Assembly: GCA_031411415.1 (NCBI GenBank)
Contig: JANOBA010000022.1
Coordinates: 1 to 63,479 of the forward strand
Direction of reading: 5' to 3'
Source of the DNA: Novosphingobium sp.
GTDB taxonomy: Bacteria > Pseudomonadota > Alphaproteobacteria > Sphingomonadales > Sphingomonadaceae
DNA: 63,479 nucleotides
In this document: positions 1-9,293 of the stretch, piece after piece
Position numbering within the stretch: position 1 is the stretch's first letter
Layout of the letters: every line of letters begins with the position of its first letter
The notes under the pieces: generated by a model
The model's database searches: none
What the model saw: the letters and a program-made list of their open reading frames with translations, nothing else
Told to the model about the DNA's origin: nothing
Translations under genes and position numbers: made by a program

Positions 1-192
1 CACGTCCTGGAGGCTCTGTTCGCGCTTCTGCGCGGTGACGATGATTTCTGCGAGACCGCGATTCTCCGTCTCAGCCGAGGTTGTATCCTGGGCATGGGCG
101 GTGCTGTTCATTAGGAATGTCGAGGCCAGGGCCGTGCAGGCGAGCAAGCCAGTGCGAGCCAAGCCGGTGCGATCATTGAACGTGTTGGTCAT
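1..192 (-). CDS. TonB-dependent receptor, N-terminal part (runs off the left edge)
   Basis: Absent from the ORF track. Hand translation from ATG at 192 gives MTNTFNDRTGLARTGLLACTALASTFLMNSTAHAQ-DTTSAETENRGLAEIIVTAQKREQSLQDV, i.e. a signal peptide ending AHA-Q followed by the typical EIIVTAQKRExSLQDV TonB-box/plug start. GGGAGA RBS upstream. Confidence 0.9.
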   Translation of the reverse strand, partial: MTNTFNDRTGLARTGLLACTALASTFLMNSTAHAQDTTSAETENRGLAEIIVTAQKREQSLQDV

Positions 193-471
193 TTTGTTCT
201 CCCAAAGCAGTCGTGTTTTGCAATCTGCAAATGCCTGGGACCACGGCGAAGCGGGCGATCATGCCTGATCCGCTCAGTCACTCATTGGCATCTTCATAGG
301 ACTGTAACGGCGTTTTTGCGCGAAACAACCTGAAACAAGTAACTCTATACGGATAATGCGCTGGACAAAGTGCATTTTGGCATGATTTGCCGGAAATGGC
401 GCAAAAATGTCACACATTGGCCGCCGGCAGATTGGTGATGCGTACCGGCGAACTGGCAAAAAGTTAGACGA

Positions 472-1977
472 TTATGGGAAAGGGGCAAAAAGCTCACGGA
501 CTGCATCGATGCGAATCTTCAGCGAGGGCGTGCGCGGCAACTCGGCCACAATTCGGTAGTCCGCCGGAATGTTCGTCGCCGGCAGGTGCTGGCGGAGCCA
601 GGCTTCGAGTTCGGCGGCAGTCGGGGGATCGGTATCCGGCCGTGTTTCAATAGCAGCAACCGGCACATGGCCCAGCCGTTCATGCGGGCGCGCCACAACT
701 GCGCATGCGCCCACGGCGGGGTGTTGCATCAGCACCGATTCGATGGCCGACGGGTGGATTTTGAAGCCCCCCCGAATGATGACACCATCAGCGCGCCCAT
801 GGAGATAGAGAAAACCATCGGCATCGGTCCGGCCCAGATCCGTGGTCCTGATCCAGTCCGGCCCGAGAGCATCGATCTGAACTTCGACAATTCCGATGGC
901 GTCATCACCAGCTGGCAGGATTTCGCCTGTTTCCTCATCGCGAATCCGCAATGTTGCACCGCGTATCGGTCGTCCAACCGAACCGAACTTGGCTGCGCCG
1001 TATTTCAGATGATCGTCCATGGTCATGGCAGTGGCCGAACCAACGAACTCGGTGGCACCATAGCAAGGCAGAATGGGAAAGCCGTAACGCGCTTCAAAGT
1101 TGCGGCGGATAACCGGGTCTACTGGCCCCATGCCCATGGTCATGAACCGCACGCTTGAAAAATCCTCGGGCGGTATGTCGGCGTCCAGGATCATCTTGAC
1201 CAGGGCAGGTGGTCCGGAAATGTTTTGCGGGCGATGTGTCCGGACAAATTCCTGCCAGACCGGAAGCGTGAACTTTTCTTCCAGGATCGTCGGTCGCCGG
1301 TCGGCGAAGGCAACGATAAAGCCGTATATGCCCGAAATGTTTGCCAGCGGCACAGTCATCAGGGCAGGGCGCTTGTCGCTATCGCCATCCCCCAGTTTGA
1401 AACTGGACTGCAACATGCAGCGCTGGAATTGGCCGAACGATATTGGATGGCGCTTGGGCGGGCCGCTGGTGCCGCTGGTCAGCAATTCGATCGAAGGCTC
1501 CGGCGGTGCAAGGCGGTGATTGTCGCCCGTGACCCGCTCCAGACCGGGGACAAGCAGCACCCCGCCATCGGCGGCAAGTGACACTCCCGCCGCGCCGACT
1601 TCGCGTGCGGCGCGGATCAGCGGTTCCTGCCAGTCTTCCTCATGCGCCACCAAGACTGCAACGCGCAGCTTGCGCAGATCGCCCGCCATAGCGTCGACGG
1701 TCTGGTAGGAATAGATCATCGTCATCGTGCGCCGCGCGGCCAGCATCGCCAGAAATGCTGCCGCAGCTTCGGGGCGCTGGCGCGGGATGAAACCGGCGGC
1801 GCAATCGGACGATGCCCCGGTTGCGGCGATTGCGGCGGTAAGCCGGGCTGCGGTGTCTGCCTGCCAGCCCCGGTCAAAAGTCTGGCCGCGCCAGAAAATG
1901 GCTGGCTCGTCGCGCGGCCCGGCGAGCGACCATGCGGCGATCTCGCCCAGGTCTCCCGGCGCAGCCGTCGCGGTCAT
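472..1977 (-). CDS. Acyl-CoA synthetase (ANL/AMP-binding family)
   Basis: LLTSGTSGPPK P-loop, YGATE, GRADGVIIRGG, LPRTPSLK. Start moved to MTATAAPG, which gives an ATGA overlap with the upstream stop. Confidence 0.9.
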   Translation of the reverse strand: MTATAAPGDLGEIAAWSLAGPRDEPAIFWRGQTFDRGWQADTAARLTAAIAATGASSDCAAGFIPRQRPEAAAAFLAMLAARRTMTMIYSYQTVDAMAGDLRKLRVAVLVAHEEDWQEPLIRAAREVGAAGVSLAADGGVLLVPGLERVTGDNHRLAPPEPSIELLTSGTSGPPKRHPISFGQFQRCMLQSSFKLGDGDSDKRPALMTVPLANISGIYGFIVAFADRRPTILEEKFTLPVWQEFVRTHRPQNISGPPALVKMILDADIPPEDFSSVRFMTMGMGPVDPVIRRNFEARYGFPILPCYGATEFVGSATAMTMDDHLKYGAAKFGSVGRPIRGATLRIRDEETGEILPAGDDAIGIVEVQIDALGPDWIRTTDLGRTDADGFLYLHGRADGVIIRGGFKIHPSAIESVLMQHPAVGACAVVARPHERLGHVPVAAIETRPDTDPPTAAELEAWLRQHLPATNIPADYRIVAELPRTPSLKIRIDAVRELFAPFP

Positions 1978-2420
1978 GCCCCGCTCGCCTCCAGCCCGAT
2001 CACTTCCACCCCGGTAACTTCGACCAAGGCCTCGCCGTTCATCAGCACGCGGCCGGCATCGTCTTCCATCCACAGCTCGATCTGGACTTCGCATCGAGCC
2101 GGGCCATGGGTAGCGCTGATGATCTTGCCGCGGGTGGTCAGGACCGAACCCCGATTGTTGGGCTGACGATATTGCACGCTGACCCGGCATATTCGACCCT
2201 GCTCGCCCAACCAGCTGCGCAGGGCATTGTGCAGATAGGAGCAGGAAAGATTGCCCATACCGATCGCACCGGGAAAGCCCGCATTGATCCCGGCAGCATC
2301 ATCCATATGGATTGGCACGAATTCATCGTTGACCGCAGCGAAGCGGTTCCAGGCGTGGAAATCCTGCTGCCGCACGAAGCTCGGGATTTCTGTGCCTGGC
2401 GTAATGTCTGTGATAGGCAT
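1974..2420 (-). CDS. MaoC-like (R)-specific enoyl-CoA hydratase/dehydratase, hotdog fold
   Basis: FAAVNDEFVPIHMD...AGFPGAIGMG resembles the hydratase-2 motif. Translationally coupled to the ligase. Confidence 0.85.
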   Translation of the reverse strand: MPITDITPGTEIPSFVRQQDFHAWNRFAAVNDEFVPIHMDDAAGINAGFPGAIGMGNLSCSYLHNALRSWLGEQGRICRVSVQYRQPNNRGSVLTTRGKIISATHGPARCEVQIELWMEDDAGRVLMNGEALVEVTGVEVIGLEASGA

Positions 2421-2431
2421 GACTTCTCCGA

Positions 2432-2953
2432 TCAGTAGCGCACGAGCGTCATCAGGATGGAACGGACATGTTCGCCCCGTTGATTGACCCAGCGATCCTG
2501 GGATTCGGTCATCAGCAGAGGGCCGCGCTTCCCTTGCTTAACCGAGTAGCTCTTCACGCTGTATTCGTTGGTTATGACGTCGCCCTCGCGCATCGGCACG
2601 CCATATTCGAAGACCGAACCGCCGTTGACCATGAAGTGGAGCGGCGGCGGCGTTATGCCCGCTGTGTTTTCGATGAAACCAGCGCTGACATCGGCTGGTG
2701 CCGGCTTGGCGCCCGGCGTCGCCCACGAAAAGGGGTTGAACTCCTCCGGTGCCACCAGCGGCTCTTCTCCCCCCGCTGCGCCTGCGTCGATGAATTTCGC
2801 AGGCGGGGCTTCGGGGTAATAGACCGCAATCGCCCATTTGCGGATATCGGACGCCGAAATCGGATAGGATGTGCGGCTGCGCAGCACACGTCCCTCGATG
2901 GCGCGCATTTCATCGCTGATCAGCGCGTCTGCGGTATCGGCAATATCGGTCAT
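2432..2953 (-). CDS. MaoC N-terminal-like (FAS1-like dehydratase) hotdog protein, likely partner subunit
   Basis: PISASDIRKWAIAV and VNGGSVFEYGVPMREGDVIT...WVNQRGE patterns. Start taken at MTDIAD. Confidence 0.8.
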   Translation of the reverse strand: MTDIADTADALISDEMRAIEGRVLRSRTSYPISASDIRKWAIAVYYPEAPPAKFIDAGAAGGEEPLVAPEEFNPFSWATPGAKPAPADVSAGFIENTAGITPPPLHFMVNGGSVFEYGVPMREGDVITNEYSVKSYSVKQGKRGPLLMTESQDRWVNQRGEHVRSILMTLVRY

Positions 2954-2957
2954 CGGC

Positions 2958-3389
2958 TCAGCTCTCCCGGCCGGTAAATTGCCAGAGGGTGACATCCTCA
3001 CCTTCGATATCGTTGAAGGTCATTTTCAGCGGCATGCCCACTTGCAGCGTTTCATGCGGAATGCCGACGGTGTTGCCCAGAACAATGACATCGCGGTCTC
3101 CGCCCGGTGTATCCATCTCCACCAGCGCCACGACATAGGGCACATCCTTCTGGAAATCCCCGAGGCCGCGGTGAATGATGGTGTAGCTGAACAGGGTTCC
3201 AAGGCCGCTCAGCCGCGTCCAGGTGAGCTGCTCGGACAGGCAACTCCGGCACGCAGGATAGGGCACCCAGTTCCATGCACCGCAACTGTCGCATTTGGGC
3301 ACATGGAATTCGTGACGGGCCAGGCCCTCCCACAAAGGGGCGTTTTCAGGCTGCTTCTTGGGCAGCGGTTTCAGATAAGCTTCGCTCAC
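2958..3389 (-). CDS. DUF35 Zn-ribbon/OB-fold protein
   Basis: CDSC...PYPACRSC Zn ribbon, SGLGTLFSYTIIH, PYVVALVE, VGMPL. GTG start with GAGGGG RBS. Confidence 0.9.
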   Translation of the reverse strand: MSEAYLKPLPKKQPENAPLWEGLARHEFHVPKCDSCGAWNWVPYPACRSCLSEQLTWTRLSGLGTLFSYTIIHRGLGDFQKDVPYVVALVEMDTPGGDRDVIVLGNTVGIPHETLQVGMPLKMTFNDIEGEDVTLWQFTGRES

Positions 3390-3402
3390 TGTCTTGCCCC
3401 CC

Positions 3403-4566
3403 TCAATCTGCGGCCATGATGACGGTTCCGGCAAAGCCATGAACCGCCCAGCCCTGTGACAGGGCAACACCAATCTTCGCATCCGGCACTTGCCGCGCGC
3501 CGCATTCGCCGCGCAGCTGCTTGGTGACTTCTGTAATCTGAAGTCCACTCGGATTGCCGCAATGGCTATGCGAGAGCAGACCGCCATCGGTATTGCTCGG
3601 CATCTTGCCGCCCAGCCGCAGGTGGCCCTCGTGGATCATCGATGCCCCTTCGCCCATTTTGCAAAAACCCATTTCCTCCAGATCGCGCGCGACCGTGACC
3701 GGGAAGCAATCATAGAGACCGGCGGTGTCGATATCGTCGCGGGTGATCCCTGCCATGCCGAATGCCTTGTCGGCCGAGGTGCGAACCGCCTGACCTTCGT
3801 TGGAAATCCAGTTCGGGGTGATCGACTGATAGCAGTCAGTGTACATGGCCTCGCAGCCACCCAGGATCCAGATCGGCGTTTTGCGACAGTCGCGCGCAAC
3901 CGCCTCCGAGGCGACGACAATTGCATAGCCGCCGTCATTATCGAGCGGACATTCCAGCCGGTGAAGCGGATCTGTGATCATCCGCGATTCGAAAACGTCA
4001 TCGACAGTGATCTCGCCCTTTTCGCCCATCAGCGAGGCGGGGTTGAGCGTCGCGTGATAGCGCGCGATCACGGCATATTCGGCAAGATGTTCTGCCGGCA
4101 CATTGAACTGGTGCATATAGCGCCGGGTCCACAGCGCGTACCAGGGCGACATATAGGCCCCGTGGATCATGTAGTTCATGTCGGCGACGCGCGGCGCGCC
4201 ATAGCCCAGACCGGTGCCTTGCGGGCCCAGCCGCGTGCCGGCGTTGGAAAAGAAGATCACCACCACTTGCGCCATGCCAGAGCTGACCGCGAGGGCCGCC
4301 TTGGCGACGGCGCCGGCGCCGCTGCCCACGTCGACATAGCTGAGCGGACGCCCGCCAAGCTGTTCGGCCCATTGCATGTGGAGGCTGAGCGGCGTGTCGA
4401 AAGCCATGGGAATAATTCCATCGACATCGCGGTGGGTAAGGCCCGCGTCGTCCAGCGCACCCTTTATGCATTCCAGGTCGAGCGACCATGAGGACATCGG
4501 CAGATTGCGGGCCTGCTTGCTGTTATACACACCGACGATCGCTGCCTTGCGGCTTGGAAACGACAT
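3403..4566 (-). CDS. SCP2/Ltp2-type thiolase-superfamily protein lacking the N-terminal nucleophilic Cys
   Basis: AAIVGV, HATLNPA, PLHRLEC, LYDCF, NTDGGLLS, QLRGECGARQV. No Cys in the SYVDVGSGAGA segment. GAGGA RBS before MSFPS. Confidence 0.88.
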   Translation of the reverse strand: MSFPSRKAAIVGVYNSKQARNLPMSSWSLDLECIKGALDDAGLTHRDVDGIIPMAFDTPLSLHMQWAEQLGGRPLSYVDVGSGAGAVAKAALAVSSGMAQVVVIFFSNAGTRLGPQGTGLGYGAPRVADMNYMIHGAYMSPWYALWTRRYMHQFNVPAEHLAEYAVIARYHATLNPASLMGEKGEITVDDVFESRMITDPLHRLECPLDNDGGYAIVVASEAVARDCRKTPIWILGGCEAMYTDCYQSITPNWISNEGQAVRTSADKAFGMAGITRDDIDTAGLYDCFPVTVARDLEEMGFCKMGEGASMIHEGHLRLGGKMPSNTDGGLLSHSHCGNPSGLQITEVTKQLRGECGARQVPDAKIGVALSQGWAVHGFAGTVIMAAD

Positions 4567-4779
4567 GGTCCTCCTCTCCAGCTGGTTTTCTTGTTCGGAA
4601 GCTTGCACCTTGGATGCTGCCTGAAGCTAGATAGTGATACTTTTTTTGGGTCGTCAACAGGAATTAACTGGCAATGAGCCGGGAAAATGATGAAAAGAGG
4701 TATAGGAAAGCATTTCCAGCATGCCTGATGCCACCGTGTGGCCGGGAGTGACGATCCGAAACCGGGTTTAGGAGGGGTG

Positions 4780-7002
4780 ATGGTGCTAAATCTCGATTTT
4801 TCCGATGAACGTCAATTGCTTAAGGAAAGTTTCGCGCGGTTCTTTGATGCTGAGTCCAGCATCGCGCGGGTTCGGGCGGCGGAGCCCTCGGGATTTGATC
4901 CGGCGCTTTTGCGATCGCTTGGCGAAATGGGGGCGCTAGGCATTCGCGCGGCCGAAGTCCATGGCGGTTCTGGCGCGGGCTTGATTGATGCGGCGCTGCT
5001 GGTTGAGCAGGGCGGCCGCAGTCTCGCTTCAGTCCCGCTGGTCGAAAGCATTGTGACGGCGCGCCTGCTGGGCGAATTGGCCGGGCCGCAAGGCTGGCTT
5101 GATGCGTTGCTGACGGGCAAAAAGGCGGTAACTCTGGCCCTGCACGAAGCGCGTCCGGGCGTCTCGCAAATCGTCCCCTCCGGCGCAGTGGCCAGTGCGA
5201 TTCTGGTGCTCGAAGGCGACGAAGTGGCGCTGGTCATGCTCGCGCCGGGCGCGCAGATTGCTCCCAATCATGGCTCCCAGCCAATCGCGCGGCTGGCGCT
5301 TGCCAAGGCAGATTGCGCCGGGGAACGGGTCGTCGTGGCGCAAGGCCCAGACGCGCGCTCAGCATACCTCGCCGGAATTGAGGAATGGAAGTTGCTGACC
5401 GCGGCACAGCTCAATGGCCTGTCGCGGCGGGCACTGGAACAGGCTGTTGGATATGCCAAGGAACGCTTGCAGTTCGACCGGTTGATCGGCTCATACCAGG
5501 CGATCGCGCATCCGCTGGCAGATCGCGCAGTCGATGTTGATGCCGCCCAGCTGTTCACCTGGTGGGCGATTCAACAGATCGCCTTGGGGACCAAAGATGC
5601 AGCAGCGGCGGTTGCCATGTCCTTCTGGTGGTCGGCCAAGGTGGCTGACGAGACGACGCGCTGCGCGGTGCACACGCACGGCGGATATGGCGTCACGCTG
5701 GAATATGACCTGCAACTGTTTTTCCGCCGCGCCAAGGCCCTGCCGCTGGTCTTTGGCGATCCGTCCGGGCAATTGGTGGAGGCCGGGCGGCGGCTGTGGT
5801 TGGGCGCGCAGGCACCCTTGCCCGATGCCGGGGACCCCGATCTCGATTTCGAATTCGGCGATGAGCCCGAAGCACTGGCCGCCGAGACGCGCGCCTTGCT
5901 GGACCGGGTGACAACGCCCGAATGGCGCGCCGCCGCGCACTTCTCCTATGACGGCTATGATCCCGAAGTGAACCGCAAGATCGGCGAGGCCGGACTGGTT
6001 CACCCATCATGGCCGGCCGAATGGGGCGGGCGCGATGCGCAACCTTTTGCCGCAGCCCTGTCGCTGGCGACCTGGGGCGAATTCAATGTTACCGGTCATG
6101 CGCAGAACGTCAGCCATTTCGTCGGTTCCACCCTGATGGTCTGCGCCTGTGACGAGCTGAAGCAAGAGGTTTTGCCCGGCATGGGCCGGGGTATCACCAA
6201 CGCCAGCCTCGGTTATTCCGAACCCCATTCAGGCTCTGATATCTTCGCCGCCAAAACGCGCGCAGTCTGGGACGAGGCTGGTCAGGAATGGGTGATCAAT
6301 GGCCAGAAGATGTTCACCTCAGGCGCTGAACTGACTGACTATATCTTTCTGCTCACCCGCACCGATCCCGGCGCAGCCAAACATGCCGGAATCACGATGT
6401 TCCTGGTGCCTAGCAAGACGCCTGGCGTGGAGATTTTCCCGGTCCATACGATGCAGGAAGAACGCACCAACGCGACCTTCTATACCGACGTGCGCCTGCC
6501 CGATCGCTACCGGGTCGGAGAGGTCAATGGCGGCGCGCGGGTTCTGGGCGCAGCACTCGAACTGGAGCATGGTGCAGGCTACAGTCCCGGCAGACATGGT
6601 CTGGTGGCGGCAGTGGCCGACTGGGCCCGTCGCGCCGGGCCCGATGGCACGGTGCCGTTCGACAATCCCGCGACAATCGCCCGCATCGCCCGGGTCAAGG
6701 CGAACGCATTGCTGAAAGAATTGATCGCCAAGCGCGCCATGTATGTTGGCGTGAAGCACTTCGGGCGGCGCACAGCATACGGATCGATGAACAAGCTGTT
6801 CGGATCGGAAGCGAACCAGCGGGACTTTGCCGACCTCATCGATCTGACTGCACCCGATTCGCTGTTCCATGACCGCGAGGGGCTAGGCGAGCTTGAGCTT
6901 GCCCATCGCCAAGCCCAGATCGGCACGATATACGCCGGAACCAGCGAGATACATCGCTCGATGATCGCGGAAATCGCGCTGGGGCTGCCGCGCAGCCGGT
7001 GA
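4780..7002 (+). CDS. Fused tandem acyl-CoA dehydrogenase (two ACAD modules; FadE34/ChsE3-like architecture)
   Basis: ~740 aa. First module has RLQFDRLIGSYQAIAH and HTHGGYG. Second has GYSEPHSGSD, INGQKMFTS and IYAGTSEIHR. Confidence 0.88.
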   Translation: MVLNLDFSDERQLLKESFARFFDAESSIARVRAAEPSGFDPALLRSLGEMGALGIRAAEVHGGSGAGLIDAALLVEQGGRSLASVPLVESIVTARLLGELAGPQGWLDALLTGKKAVTLALHEARPGVSQIVPSGAVASAILVLEGDEVALVMLAPGAQIAPNHGSQPIARLALAKADCAGERVVVAQGPDARSAYLAGIEEWKLLTAAQLNGLSRRALEQAVGYAKERLQFDRLIGSYQAIAHPLADRAVDVDAAQLFTWWAIQQIALGTKDAAAAVAMSFWWSAKVADETTRCAVHTHGGYGVTLEYDLQLFFRRAKALPLVFGDPSGQLVEAGRRLWLGAQAPLPDAGDPDLDFEFGDEPEALAAETRALLDRVTTPEWRAAAHFSYDGYDPEVNRKIGEAGLVHPSWPAEWGGRDAQPFAAALSLATWGEFNVTGHAQNVSHFVGSTLMVCACDELKQEVLPGMGRGITNASLGYSEPHSGSDIFAAKTRAVWDEAGQEWVINGQKMFTSGAELTDYIFLLTRTDPGAAKHAGITMFLVPSKTPGVEIFPVHTMQEERTNATFYTDVRLPDRYRVGEVNGGARVLGAALELEHGAGYSPGRHGLVAAVADWARRAGPDGTVPFDNPATIARIARVKANALLKELIAKRAMYVGVKHFGRRTAYGSMNKLFGSEANQRDFADLIDLTAPDSLFHDREGLGELELAHRQAQIGTIYAGTSEIHRSMIAEIALGLPRSR

Positions 7003-7019
7003 CAAGGGGGGCTTGATAG

Positions 7020-8384
7020 ATGAATGCATCGATAGCGGCTGTCGATCAGGTTGCAGCGCCCGATGGTGCTCCCCAGCCGCTTGTCGGTGCCTATCGCGGC
7101 TATGCCATGGGGCTGCTGCTGACGATCTCGATCATCAACTATCTCGATCGGCAGGTCGTCCATATCCTTGCCGAGCCGATCAAGAACGACCTTGGCCTAG
7201 CCGACTGGCAACTGGGCATGCTGACGGGGCTGGCGTTTGGCGTGCTCTACACGCTGTTCGGACTGCCGATCGCGCGCCTCGCCGAACGCGGCAACCGTCC
7301 TTACATTATCGCGTCCGCCACCGCTGTGTGGAGCGTGTTCACCATCCTGTGCGGCACGGTCGGCAATTTCTGGCAGCTTGCGCTTGCCCGGGTTGGCGTC
7401 GGCATTGGCGAAGCGGGCTGCACTCCGCCGGCCCATTCGCTGATCATGGATTACACGGCGCCTGCCAAACGCGGCTCGGCGCTTGCTTTCTATGGCATGG
7501 GGGCGCCGCTCGGCGGTTTGCTTGGCATGGCGTTCGGCGGGCTTGTCGCGGATGCCTTCGGCTGGCGCGCCGCCTTTCTGCTGGCGGGTGGACCGGGCAT
7601 TCTGCTCGCGATCCTGACCTTTCTGACTTTGCAGGAGCCGCGCCGCAAAACCCCGCGCATCGCCAGCAAGATTGAGGGCCAAGAAACCTTGAGAGCAATG
7701 CTGAAGCTGGTCTCGGCCAAGCGCTCTTATTGGCTGCTTGGCGCAGCGATCACCTGCAACGTGTTCATCGCATATGGGCATGGGCCGTTCATCGCGTCTT
7801 TCTATCTGCGCAACCACTCCGCCGAACTTGCCCAGGCAGCAAGCGCGACGGGGAGCCTGTTGGGTTTCTCTCTGGGTCCGGTCGGGTTTCTTGGACTGGC
7901 GCTTGGTCTGCTGGGGGGAACTTGCGGCGCAATCGGCATTCTTATCGGCGGCCGACTTGCTGACCATTTCGGCCCCGCTGACCCGCGCCGCTACCTCTAT
8001 CTGCCTGCGCTTGCGATTTTGCTGTGTGTGCCGATCTTCATTGGTGCGATGCTGGCGTCCTCGATCTGGGTTTCGCTGGCGCTGTATGGTCTCAATGCGC
8101 TTGTCGGCTTCACCTGGTATGGCCCAGCCTATACCGGCTGGTTCTCGCTGGTTCCAGCGCATATGCGCGCGACCAATTCGGCCGTCAGCCTGTTCGTGGC
8201 CAATTTGCTGGGGCTGGGTCTTGCGCCGCTTGGGGTGGGGCTGCTCAGCGATTTTTATGGGGCGTCGATGGGCTCGGGCGAGGGCATCCGCTGGGCACTT
8301 ATCTCGCTGACCAGCGTGGGTGTTCTCACCGCCTTGCTTTTCTGGTTGGCCGCAAGCACGTTTCGCGACGAACTGGAAGCATGA
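7020..8384 (+). CDS. MFS transporter (Spinster-like)
   Basis: About 12 hydrophobic segments, NYLDRQ, EPIKNDLGLAD, ARVGVGIGEAG, GRLADH. Confidence 0.9.
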   Translation: MNASIAAVDQVAAPDGAPQPLVGAYRGYAMGLLLTISIINYLDRQVVHILAEPIKNDLGLADWQLGMLTGLAFGVLYTLFGLPIARLAERGNRPYIIASATAVWSVFTILCGTVGNFWQLALARVGVGIGEAGCTPPAHSLIMDYTAPAKRGSALAFYGMGAPLGGLLGMAFGGLVADAFGWRAAFLLAGGPGILLAILTFLTLQEPRRKTPRIASKIEGQETLRAMLKLVSAKRSYWLLGAAITCNVFIAYGHGPFIASFYLRNHSAELAQAASATGSLLGFSLGPVGFLGLALGLLGGTCGAIGILIGGRLADHFGPADPRRYLYLPALAILLCVPIFIGAMLASSIWVSLALYGLNALVGFTWYGPAYTGWFSLVPAHMRATNSAVSLFVANLLGLGLAPLGVGLLSDFYGASMGSGEGIRWALISLTSVGVLTALLFWLAASTFRDELEA

Positions 8385-8411
8385 GCCGCGAACTGGAAGG
8401 AACAGAAAGCT

Positions 8412-9095
8412 ATGACAGTCGATAAGGCCCTGCTCGATCAGCTGGCGGCGTTCAGCACGCCGGATGTTCTGAACGGTCTCAAGCGGCTTGGCCTGCCCCC
8501 TGAAAAAATGGAGTCGATGGATCGGCTGGCAATCGGCTGCACCACGCCTGCGCTGGGCGTCAGGGTCGGCTTCGCGGCAACCCGCAAAGTGGCGACGCGG
8601 CGGACTGGCGGGCCGGCAGCGGCCAGCCCAGGCGGGGTTGCGGGCGGGCTATTGTCGGTCCCGGCTCCGCGCATTCTCGTGGTCGAAAATGTCGGCGATT
8701 GGCGCGGTCCGGTGTGCATCTGGGGCGAGCTGGGGGCGGCGATCAACCTGGCGCTGGAATGCCGCGGCGGCATCACCAACGGGCCGGTTCGCGATGTCGA
8801 GGAAATGGCAGAAGCTGGCTTCGCGACTTTCGCCGGCGGCTTCGGGGTTGGTGGCGGCTATGTCGATACGCTCGAGATTGGCACGCCGGTTACGGTGGGG
8901 GGAGTTACTGTCCACCCCGGCGATCTGATCCATGCGGACCGCCACGGCGTCATTAAGGTGCCCCTCGATCTTGCCCCCGCACTACCCGACGCGATCCGCG
9001 CCCATGCGGCCTATGAGGCCGGGATTCTGGCAGCGTGCCGTTCGCCGGATTTCACGGTCGAAAAGCTGATCGAGGTGATGAAACGGCGGAGCTGA
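8412..9095 (+). CDS. RraA / HMG-aldolase-like protein
   Basis: CIWGEL, ITNGPVRD, VHPGDLIHADRHGVI motifs. Confidence 0.8.
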   Translation: MTVDKALLDQLAAFSTPDVLNGLKRLGLPPEKMESMDRLAIGCTTPALGVRVGFAATRKVATRRTGGPAAASPGGVAGGLLSVPAPRILVVENVGDWRGPVCIWGELGAAINLALECRGGITNGPVRDVEEMAEAGFATFAGGFGVGGGYVDTLEIGTPVTVGGVTVHPGDLIHADRHGVIKVPLDLAPALPDAIRAHAAYEAGILAACRSPDFTVEKLIEVMKRRS

Positions 9096-9113
9096 GGGCA
9101 GAACACCTCTGCC

Positions 9114-9277
9114 TTCCCCTCTCCCCGTCGAGGAGAGGGTAGCGCAGCTTGCTCCGTAAGGAGCTAGTGCAGCTGGGAGAGGGGGCTCTACATCTCGAGG
9201 GCACAGCCCCCTCTCCCAACTTCGGCTAGGCAGCGAGCTGCCAAGCCTACGTACCCTCTCCCCACTGGGAGAGGGAA
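9114..9277. repeat. Nested palindromic REP-like element between convergent genes
   Basis: Outer arms TTCCCCTCTCCCCgtcgAGGAGAGGGTA (9114-9141) and TACCCTCTCCCCactgGGAGAGGGAA (9252-9277) are each hairpins and near reverse complements of each other. Inner arms AGCTGGGAGAGGGGGCT (9171-9187) and AGCCCCCTCTCCCAACT (9205-9221). Confidence 0.8.
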
Positions 9278-9293
9278 TGGACCAGCGTATGCT

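Noticed and set aside
1978-2190. N-terminal extensions in the ORF track (also at 41955, 35395, 39255, 34548, 58597, 26267)
   Set aside because: They overlap neighbouring genes or promoter DNA. Downstream starts have an RBS or translational coupling and match family N-termini.
8369-8399. 11-bp direct repeat CGAACTGGAAG at the MFS 3' end, and TGTCCGATCAG twice at 13771-13800
   Set aside because: Two copies each, about 20 bp apart, with no element between them. At most small slippage scars, not target-site duplications or CRISPR.
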